Virus record (IMG/VR): IMGVR_UViG_2734482566_000007 | Reading direction: 5' to 3' (one strand) | DNA length: 4,597 nucleotides | Source of the DNA: a virus | Taxonomy: Duplodnaviria > Heunggongvirae > Uroviricota > Caudoviricetes | Shown: positions 1 to 4,597 of the stretch, one piece after another | Layout: each line of letters begins with the position of its first letter | Numbering within the stretch: position 1 is the stretch's first letter | Program-made: the position numbers and the translations under genes | Notes under the pieces: generated by a model | What the model saw: the letters and a program-made list of their open reading frames with translations, nothing else | Told to the model about the DNA's origin: nothing | Database searches by the model: none

Positions 1-60
1 CTCTCGTCTGGGGAATATCTCCCCGGCAGCCTTCAGGGAAAAATATCATCAGATGGCTGC

Positions 61-414
61 TTAAAAAAAGAACAAATGGTAGTGTCCGCTATTGCCAGTA
101 CACCTCAATTGCTCTGCGGCTTCGCTCAGAGCTGGCGTATGTTCCCGGCCTACTGATTCACACAGGTAATCAACGAAACCGGACACCAGTTTTCGTTCGC
201 GAGGCGTGATCGCCCCACCGACCGGAGTCCAGTAATCGAAACCCAGTTGCAGGAGTTTGAAAAAACGCTTGTGGAATGCGTAGTTACACACACGCTTAAA
301 GTCTGCGTGTATCCACTCACCTATTTTGATTTGATGCAGAAAATCGCAACTCTCCGGCGTCGCCGGGAGAAGTAATCCGGAAGAGGTTTGTTTGACCAGT
401 TGTATATGTGCCAT
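61..414 (-). CDS. Hypothetical phage protein, 117 aa from the ATG at 414 (the ORF track extends it to a TTG at 456); possibly a NinB/YbcN-like (DUF1367-type) protein
   Basis: Open frame ending at TAA 61-63. The codon at 456-454 is TTG, not ATG. The first ATG (414-412) has a GGAGA Shine-Dalgarno 7 nt upstream (minus-strand ccGGAGAaagccgATG). Family assignment is a weak recollection based on the motif ...RVCNYAFHKRFFKLLQLGFDYW... and the position downstream of the replication genes. Confidence 0.55.
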   Translation of the reverse strand: MAHIQLVKQTSSGLLLPATPESCDFLHQIKIGEWIHADFKRVCNYAFHKRFFKLLQLGFDYWTPVGGAITPRERKLVSGFVDYLCESVGREHTPALSEAAEQLRCTGNSGHYHLFFF

Positions 415-452
415 CGGCTTTCTCCGGTGGCACGGTGTTACACAGCAGGAGT

Positions 453-740
453 TCAATCCTGCTCAAGATTGTAGATGAGTTTATTCTTCAGCAAAAGCAG
501 AAAACCAGCCTTAAAACCAATCTCTTTCAAAACCCGTAATGATGTGACAAATTCGTCCTCACGCAAAATAAAACCGTCCGTCAGAAGTCCATTACAAAAA
601 TAAAATAACACAGCACCGCTCTTCCTTTGTTGAGATTGCAAACATCTAATGCGGCAATGGCTGACAATCGCTCCATTCTCAACGCGCACAGCATAGAGGC
701 CATTTTCACTAAAAATTTCACGCAATTCTTCGATTTTCAT
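453..740 (-). CDS. Hypothetical small phage protein, 95 aa, no recognisable domain
   Basis: ATG at 740-738 preceded by GGAAGGA 8 nt upstream; stop TGA 455-453. Sits directly downstream of a sigma70-like promoter at 822-849. No motif I can assign. Confidence 0.6.
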   Translation of the reverse strand: MKIEELREIFSENGLYAVRVENGAIVSHCRIRCLQSQQRKSGAVLFYFCNGLLTDGFILREDEFVTSLRVLKEIGFKAGFLLLLKNKLIYNLEQD

Positions 741-821
741 CTTCAGAATCCTTCCAGATAAATAGCTCTCCCCTGTTCGGGGTCCATCCCTCTTCTCCCT
801 GCGCGCTACTTAAGTGAGTCG

Positions 822-849
822 ATTCTATCTGCGAAGGTGCGCGAATCAA
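822..849 (-). promoter_or_regulatory. Candidate sigma70 promoter for the 453..740 gene: TTGATT (-35, plus 844-849), 16-bp spacer, TAGAAT (-10, plus 822-827)
   Basis: Hexamers read on the minus strand directly downstream of the hok terminator and about 80 nt upstream of the ATG at 740. The same two hexamers recur upstream of hok. Confidence 0.4.
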
Positions 850-867
850 ATTCACCGGAAATAAACA

Positions 868-913
868 ACAAAAAACCCGCCGAAACGCTGAGAGATCACA
901 GCGATGGGCGGGT
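868..913 (-). terminator. Rho-independent terminator ending the hok transcript
   Basis: On the minus strand, stem ACCCGCC (913-907) pairs with GGCGGGT (881-875), with an inner CGCUG/CAGCG helix, followed by a U6 tract (plus A-run 870-875) and more U-rich sequence. Not a terminator in the plus orientation. Confidence 0.7.
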
Positions 914-953
914 TAAGTGCGGGTGCGTTGAGGATGCCTGACACATCAGAGGT

Positions 954-981
954 GGGCGGGGATGGGATCAGCTCCCCGCCC
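954..981 (-). other. Perfect 9-bp GC-rich stem-loop (GGGCGGGGA / TCCCCGCCC, 10-nt loop) in the hok 3' UTR
   Basis: Plus 954-962 is the exact reverse complement of 973-981. It lies 9 nt after the hok stop and has no U-tract, so it is a structural or stability element, not a terminator. It shares the CCCGCC/GGCGGG motif with the downstream terminator, which would allow alternative long-range pairing as described for hok mRNAs. Confidence 0.5.
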
Positions 982-989
982 GGTCACTC

Positions 990-1145
990 TTACTTCCTGG
1001 ATTCGTAGTCTACGAAGACAGCGACCTCCGTCTGGCCGGTTCGGATTCGTACCTCACAGAGGTCTTTCCTCGTTACCAGTGCCGTCACTATGACGGTTAA
1101 ACAGATGACGATCAGGGCGATTAACATCGCCTTTTGCTGCTTCAT
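990..1145 (-). CDS. hok: Hok/Gef family type I toxin, 51 aa (MKQQKAMLIALIVICLTVIVTALVTRKDLCEVRIRTGQTEVAVFVDYESRK); closest in my recollection to HokD/RelF
   Basis: ATG at 1145-1143 with AGGAG 9 nt upstream; stop TAA 992-990. Single transmembrane helix followed by the conserved RK.LCE.R....EVA..Y Hok signature. The 70-aa ORF in the track is an in-frame upstream extension and is unlikely to be the real start. Confidence 0.85.
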   Translation of the reverse strand: MKQQKAMLIALIVICLTVIVTALVTRKDLCEVRIRTGQTEVAVFVDYESRK

Positions 1146-1321
1146 AGCCTGCTTCTCCTTGCCTTTCGGCATGTAAGAGGCTAACCTACATGTGCAAAGC
1201 ATGAAATTGGCCTCAGATTAATGTTAAGCGTCTTGCCGGACGCGTAATGTTAACTGGGGCTTTTCTCTATCTGCCTTTTGGTGTTCATGCCTGAAGCAGA
1301 TAGCCTCAAGCACCCGCAGTC

Positions 1322-1351
1322 ATTCTACTTACCTCGCCAATATGAAATCAA
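1322..1351 (-). promoter_or_regulatory. Candidate sigma70 promoter for hok: TTGATT (-35, plus 1346-1351), 18-bp spacer, TAGAAT (-10, plus 1322-1327)
   Basis: Read on the minus strand between the queH stop (1373) and the hok start. Would give a leader of roughly 170 nt, comparable to known hok mRNAs. Confidence 0.45.
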
Positions 1352-1372
1352 TCAGAAAGGTGCCCCATAAAA

Positions 1373-2059
1373 TCACTCCTTCTCTTCTTTACCGTAGTGG
1401 AGTTGACCAATTTTGATAAGAGGGCGTCCCTGAGATTTGCGGTGTAGATTGGTATCGCGCAGAGAATACACACAGCCACAATATTCCTGCTGATAGAATT
1501 TTTCGCGCTTGCTGATTTCAATCATACGGGACGAGCCGCCCTGCTTGCGCCAGTTATAATCCCAGTACACCATGCCCGGATAATGCGCGACGGCTCGCCG
1601 CCCACAGTCGTTAACCTGCTGCATATTTTTCCAGCGTGAAATGCCCAGTGAACTGCTGATCACACTGAAACCATTTTCAGCGGCGTACAGCGCTGTCCGC
1701 TCAAAACGCATGTCAAAACACATGGTGCAACGGATCCCTCGTTCGGGCTCCCATTCCATTCCTTTGGCTCGTTCAAACCAGTTGTCTGTGTCGTAATCAG
1801 CATCAATAAACGGCACGCCGTGTTGTTCAGCAAAGCGAATATTCTCATCCTTACGAATTAAATACTCTTTCTGAGGATGAATGTTCGGGTTGTAGAAAAA
1901 GATGGTGTAGTCGATTCCCGAGGCCTGAAGCGCCTCCATCACCTCACCGGAACATGGAGCACAGCAAGAGTGCAGTAGTAGTTTGTTTGCCCCGTTTGGG
2001 AGCTCCAATTTGGGCCGTTTGAAATCAGCAACTGTCATAAATATGTTTATTGGGGTCAT
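1373..2059 (-). CDS. queH: Epoxyqueuosine reductase QueH (DUF208 family), 228 aa (221 aa if translation starts at Met8)
   Basis: N-terminal [12 protein letters not shown] cysteine motif and C-terminal EYCGCVYS motif are characteristic of DUF208/QueH. ATG at 2059-2057, stop TGA 1375-1373. No clear Shine-Dalgarno before either candidate start. Confidence 0.75.
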   Translation of the reverse strand: MTPINIFMTVADFKRPKLELPNGANKLLLHSCCAPCSGEVMEALQASGIDYTIFFYNPNIHPQKEYLIRKDENIRFAEQHGVPFIDADYDTDNWFERAKGMEWEPERGIRCTMCFDMRFERTALYAAENGFSVISSSLGISRWKNMQQVNDCGRRAVAHYPGMVYWDYNWRKQGGSSRMIEISKREKFYQQEYCGCVYSLRDTNLHRKSQGRPLIKIGQLHYGKEEKE

Positions 2060-2179
2060 AAAAATATCAAAGAGTGTAGCATTAGAACGGGGCTATCGGA
2101 AACAGATGTGTGACTGCTCCCCGCCCTTTCGGGTGGTCTCCTGATGATTTGAGGGTGCAGAAATCCCTCCGGTTAAGGA

Positions 2180-2206
2180 TTAAATTTTTAACAGTGCTAA
2201 ATTTAA
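2180..2206 (-). promoter_or_regulatory. AT-rich dyad TTAAATTT-N11-AAATTTAA immediately downstream of the 2207..2620 stop; candidate operator or promoter element in the 147-bp intergenic region upstream of queH
   Basis: Plus 2180-2187 is the reverse complement of 2199-2206. It is AT-only, so a weak hairpin. Function is inferred only. Confidence 0.25.
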
Positions 2207-2620
2207 TTATTCAGTTCTGGATTTTGTCGCCCTGCGTATCCGCGCTTTCGCGTTACGCTCAATCTGTATCAGCTTTTCTATATTTCTCCGCCTTTCCTGT
2301 TCCTCCTGGCGCAATAGCCTTACATCATCTGCCAGTCTGGTTTCTCTTTTTGCCACAGAGAGCATCCAGTCAAACGGCTCCACAACCGCACCGCAGATTT
2401 TACAGCGGACCTGACGCTCTTTTTCGTCAACCCGTACAGAGGCGTGATGGCAATATGGTCTTTCCGATGGCTCATAAAGAAAATTAACCTGATTACGAGG
2501 GTCATCCTCTTTTACCGGAAATAAAACGATATTGCTTAACTCATCTTCTGGTTTTATTTCCATGCTCCTCTCCTTTGATGCGAATGCCAGCGGTAATTGA
2601 AGCCTGATAGCTAATTTCAT
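2207..2620 (-). CDS. Hypothetical Zn-ribbon-like protein with a basic coiled-coil C-terminus, 137 aa (118 aa if translation starts at the internal ATG at 2563)
   Basis: ATG 2620-2618 directly abuts the TGA (2623-2621) of the upstream gene, suggesting translational coupling; AGGAGG lies 11 nt upstream. The internal ATG at 2563 has a stronger SD (aaAGGAGAGGAGcATG). Putative metal ligands in ...PYCHHASVRVDEKERQVRCKICG...; C-terminus is Arg/Glu-rich. Confidence 0.6.
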   Translation of the reverse strand: MKLAIRLQLPLAFASKERSMEIKPEDELSNIVLFPVKEDDPRNQVNFLYEPSERPYCHHASVRVDEKERQVRCKICGAVVEPFDWMLSVAKRETRLADDVRLLRQEEQERRRNIEKLIQIERNAKARIRRATKSRTE

Positions 2621-3043
2621 TCACAGTATCGCCTCCTGAAAATTACCCTGATAGAAAGCCAGTACACGCTGCATAGCTTCGCTCTTCCGGCACTCGCGAC
2701 AGATTATATTCAGGCGCCTGTCGTAGCGGCGTATTTCTCCGTCAGGTAATGACCAGATAAGGTCCGGATCAACAACAACCGGTTTCCTCACCTTTACTCT
2801 CGAGAGTTTTTTGCGGGCGCTTTGCCAGTCCTTGCGAGCCTGTTCAGACGGGAATAAGCCGTAGCCAGAATTATATACATCACCACTTGCGACCAGTTCT
2901 ATGCATAAGCGACCGACAGACGCACGACTGATACCTGTTTCATCTGACAACTGCCGAATCGTGACCCGACCGTCCTGATGCACGAGTTCCACAATTCGCG
3001 TCTTCAGTTCTTCCCGCTGTTCGGGAGTAAAAGGTTTCGCCAT
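2621..3043 (-). CDS. Ren-like winged-HTH protein, 140 aa (resembles lambda Ren in the HTH and C-terminal ...RECRKSEAMQRVLAFY... segments, with an internal insertion of about 45 aa)
   Basis: ATG 3043-3041 with AGGAGG about 6 nt upstream; stop TGA 2623-2621. Lies immediately downstream of the DnaC-like gene, the same position as ren after P in lambda. HTH segment VTIRQLSDETGISRASVGRL. The Ren assignment is from a recalled sequence and needs a search to confirm. Confidence 0.65.
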   Translation of the reverse strand: MAKPFTPEQREELKTRIVELVHQDGRVTIRQLSDETGISRASVGRLCIELVASGDVYNSGYGLFPSEQARKDWQSARKKLSRVKVRKPVVVDPDLIWSLPDGEIRRYDRRLNIICRECRKSEAMQRVLAFYQGNFQEAIL

Positions 3044-3057
3044 AAATCCTCCTGAAA

Positions 3058-3819
3058 CTACTTAACAACCCTCGAATGGCTAACATTCGGACGCCAGCTC
3101 TCCCAGTTAAAATTCACCCAGCGCCCGCCGTTCATGACCATGCGATCCATCACCCGCTCGCCGAGCAATGTTTTCATCACCTCATAGTTCAGGTGATGAA
3201 AACATTGCTCGGCGAGCGGGTGATGGATCGCATGGTCATGAACGGCGGGCGCTGGGTGAATTTTAACNNNNNNNNNNNNNNNNNNNNNNNNNNNNNNNNN
3301 NNNNNNNNNNNNNNNNNNNNNNNNNNNNNNNNNNNNNNNNNNNNNNNNNNNNNNNNNNNNNNNNNNNNNNNNNNNNNNNNNNNNNNNNNNNNNNNNNNNN
3401 NNNNNNNNNNNNNNNNNNNNNNNNNNNNNNNNNNNNNNNNNNNNNNNNNNNNNNNNGATAGCTGCCGCTAAGTGATTCTTCCCGGTACCAGGTTTTCCGC
3501 TGAACGCAAAATTTGTACACCCGGTCATCAGTTCATCGGCGATGGATTTCGCCTGGCTTAACGCGTATCGCTGGCCGTCGTTCTGCACCTGGTAATTCGC
3601 AAACGAGCATTTACGGTGCAACGGCTGGATGCCTGAGCGATTCAGAATTTTTTCCACCCGCAACTGGCGATTCAGGCGGTTGATCTCCTCGCTACGTTTC
3701 TGGCCTTCAGCAAGTTGCCACTCGCGCCACTCCGCTACCGTTCTGAATGGGGCGGTTACATGTGGCGGGGTCAGTCGGCGGATGCGTTCCAGAACGCCGC
3801 CTGTCGCAATATTTTTCAT
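3058..3819 (-). CDS. DnaC-like replicative helicase loader (AAA+ ATPase), coding sequence interrupted by an assembly gap and a fold-back artifact
   Basis: ATG 3819-3817. N-terminal part closely resembles E. coli DnaC / prophage YdaV-type proteins, including Walker A FSGKPGTGKNHLAAAI; genuine C-terminus ...NYEVMKTLLGERVMDRMVMNGGRWVNFNWESWRPNV... Residues between are N-masked (3268-3456) or come from an inverted duplicate (3191-3267). Confidence 0.85.
   Translation of the reverse strand: MKNIATGGVLERIRRLTPPHVTAPFRTVAEWREWQLAEGQKRSEEINRLNRQLRVEKILNRSGIQPLHRKCSFANYQVQNDGQRYALSQAKSIADELMTGCTNFAFSGKPGTGKNHLAAAIXXXXXXXXXXXXXXXXXXXXXXXXXXXXXXXXXXXXXXXXXXXXXXXXXXXXXXXXXXXXXXXVKIHPAPAVHDHAIHHPLAEQCFHHLNYEVMKTLLGERVMDRMVMNGGRWVNFNWESWRPNVSHSRVVK
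3106..3267. repeat. Perfect 77-bp inverted duplication (arms 3106-3182 and 3191-3267, 8-bp spacer) ending exactly at the N gap; probable fold-back assembly artifact
   Basis: The reverse complement of 3191-3267 is identical to 3106-3182. The left arm encodes the conserved DnaC C-terminus; the right arm gives non-homologous residues (VKIHPAPAVHDHAIHHPLAEQCFHHL) where the AAA+ core should be. Confidence 0.8.
3268..3456. other. Assembly or scaffold gap, 189 N
   Basis: Run of N. Gap plus artifact arm totals 266 nt, close to the roughly 260 nt expected for the missing DnaC-like core, so the reading frame is fortuitously preserved. Confidence 0.95.
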
Positions 3820-4174
3820 GGTCCGTTACCCCCTGAAGCCTGGCGGGATCGCACTGTCCGGCAACGAGACGGTGTTAACCTGTCGGAGCAACGTCTCAGG
3901 CCGAACACCTTTCGGCGCGAACAGGCCCTGGTATTCATTGGCGATGCTGTGTCGAATCACCTGCTCAGGTGTAAAACCCTGCTGACGGAATTTTTCCAGT
4001 TCCCGTATCGCCCCGTTAGCGCCCTGCTCCGTTCGAATCGGTTTTCGCAATGCCTGTCTGAACCGGACCCACTCATGCCAGAGTGTTTCCGGCAACCAAT
4101 CGGGCAGCTCAATAGCCTCCGGCTCGAATTTTTTAGACGCTCGTTTTTGGCGAGGGGGAGATCAGTATTTAGAT

Positions 4175-4194
4175 CTTCCTCTTCCTCTTCCTCT
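4175..4194. repeat. (CTTCCT)3 hexamer tandem repeat encoding the poly-Glu linker of the replication initiator
   Basis: Plus 4175-4192 is three exact CTTCCT units plus CT, translating on the minus strand as (GAG GAA)3. Confidence 0.8.
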
Positions 4195-4217
4195 GGTAAC
4201 GCTTTTTGATCCGTTTG

Positions 4218-4238
4218 TGTAACGCTGGCAGCGTTACC
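4218..4238. repeat. Dyad element A: TGTAACGC-TGGCA-GCGTTACC inside the initiator gene
   Basis: 8-bp arms are exact reverse complements. Near-identical to element C at 4425-4445. Confidence 0.6.
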
Positions 4239-4263
4239 TTTTCGTTTCAGTTCGCGTATTTTT

Positions 4264-4283
4264 GTTACTCGCTCGTTTGTAAC
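4264..4283. repeat. Dyad element B: GTTAC-N10-GTAAC inside the initiator gene, flanked by T-rich tracts
   Basis: Same GTAAC/GTTAC core as elements A and C, in the opposite arm order. Confidence 0.45.
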
Positions 4284-4424
4284 CGCCCGTTTTTTAGAGC
4301 TTTTTCCGTTATGACGTTCAAAGTTAGGTAGAGAAAGCCCTCCGTCATTTTCGACCAGCCATCCAACCTGAATTAACGCATCAGCAAAACCAGACATAAA
4401 AGTGATGCGATCTATTGCACTTTT

Positions 4425-4445
4425 TGTAACGCCGCGAGCGTTACA
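4425..4445. repeat. Dyad element C: TGTAACGC-CGCGA-GCGTTACA inside the initiator gene
   Basis: 8-bp arms are exact reverse complements. Shares the TGTAACGC...GCGTTAC consensus with element A about 207 bp away. Confidence 0.6.
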
Positions 4446-4597
4446 ATCTGCATTACCGTCTATCATTTGTTGATCCGCCCATGCCCAGAAGCGAATAACC
4501 TGAGGTAGCCTGAGTTTAACGGACACTCCTTCCTGAAATAGAATGGCATCAGAAGGAGCTAATAATGAGCAGAAAAACCCAACGTTACTCTAAAGAG

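Larger units (their letters stand above)
3826..4526 (-). pseudogene. Phage replication initiator with DnaT-like C-terminal domain, disrupted by a frameshift as assembled (frame A 3957..4526, frame B 3826..about 4161)
   Basis: The C-terminus in frame B (...LPDWLPETLWHEWVRFRQ...QVNTVSLPDSAIPPGFRG) resembles the C-terminus of E. coli primosomal protein DnaT (...NTVSEPDSQIPPGFRG). The N-terminal part lies in another frame with an acidic EEEEEE linker. Frames overlap at 4095-4161, which contains T6 (4129-4134), T5 (4144-4148) and G5 (4154-4158) runs. The first in-frame start is GTG at 4526 with the SD abutting it, so the true start is uncertain (next ATG at 4466). Stop TAA 3828-3826, 6 nt before the DnaC-like start. 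Confidence 0.65.

Noticed and set aside
1-49. Possible minus-strand ORF starting at ATG 49-47 and running off the window start
   Set aside because: No SD and only 16 codons visible; insufficient evidence.
990-1202. 70-aa extended hok ORF (possible mok-like upstream reading frame)
   Set aside because: The extension is in-frame with hok and starts without an SD, whereas the internal ATG at 1145 has a good SD and gives the canonical 51-aa Hok length. A mok-like frame would be expected in a different frame and none was seen.
1660-1848. 62-aa minus-strand ORF inside queH in another frame
   Set aside because: Fully nested in the QueH coding sequence, which has clear family motifs; no independent support.
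2110-2487. Plus-strand ORF of 125 aa
   Set aside because: Lies antisense to the well-supported 2207..2620 gene, has no SD and a low-complexity, Pro/Leu/Ser-rich translation typical of antisense reading; starts in the intergenic region by chance.
2320-2505. 61-aa minus-strand ORF overlapping the 2207..2620 gene in another frame
   Set aside because: Nested alternative-frame ORF without SD or motif; the main frame is better supported.
3076-3520. ORFs 3076..3471 (+) and 3263..3520 (-) running through the N gap
   Set aside because: Produced by the inverted duplication and the run of Ns, which cannot encode stops; not real genes.
4175-4194. (CTTCCT)3 repeat considered as a phase-variation tract or non-coding repeat
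   Set aside because: It is in-frame within the initiator gene and encodes a poly-Glu linker; length changes in hexamer units would keep the frame, so it is better explained as a coding low-complexity linker.
3715-4209. Plus-strand ORF of 164 aa (and the overlapping 3629..3985 plus-strand ORF)
   Set aside because: Antisense to the DnaC-like and initiator genes; Arg/Ser-rich translation with no recognisable motif. Likely spurious open frames in GC-rich antisense sequence.
4565-4597. Possible divergent plus-strand gene start (GGAG, 7 nt, ATG; MSRKTQRYSKE...) at the window edge
   Set aside because: Only 11 codons are visible and it would leave under 40 bp for divergent promoters if the initiator starts at 4526. 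It cannot be judged without flanking sequence; a minus-strand stop at 4585-4587 could equally mark the end of an upstream gene.
1-4597. CRISPR arrays, tRNA or rRNA genes, IS elements or transposase genes
   Set aside because: No regularly spaced direct repeats, no cloverleaf-compatible sequence or anticodon-loop pattern, and no transposase-like ORF or terminal inverted repeats were found by inspection.

Overview
This window reads as part of an enterobacterial (E. coli-like) lambdoid prophage, with every credible gene on the minus strand, running from the replication module into the nin-like early region. In transcription order (high to low coordinate): a replication initiator with a DnaT-like C-terminal domain (frameshifted as assembled), a DnaC-like helicase loader (interrupted by a 189-N gap flanked by a 77-bp fold-back duplication, so the assembly is draft quality), a Ren-like HTH protein, a small Zn-ribbon/coiled-coil protein, a QueH-type epoxyqueuosine reductase (DUF208), a self-contained Hok/Gef toxin cassette with its own promoter and intrinsic terminator, and two small phage ORFs. 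The most interesting content is the accessory cluster (Ren-like, Zn-ribbon, QueH, Hok) inserted between the replication genes and the nin-like genes, plus dyad repeats inside the initiator gene that may be an origin. No tRNA, rRNA, CRISPR array or transposase was seen. All protein identifications rest on motif recognition and recalled homolog sequences, not on any search; the ORF track counts TTG/GTG as starts, and I checked start codons on the DNA.
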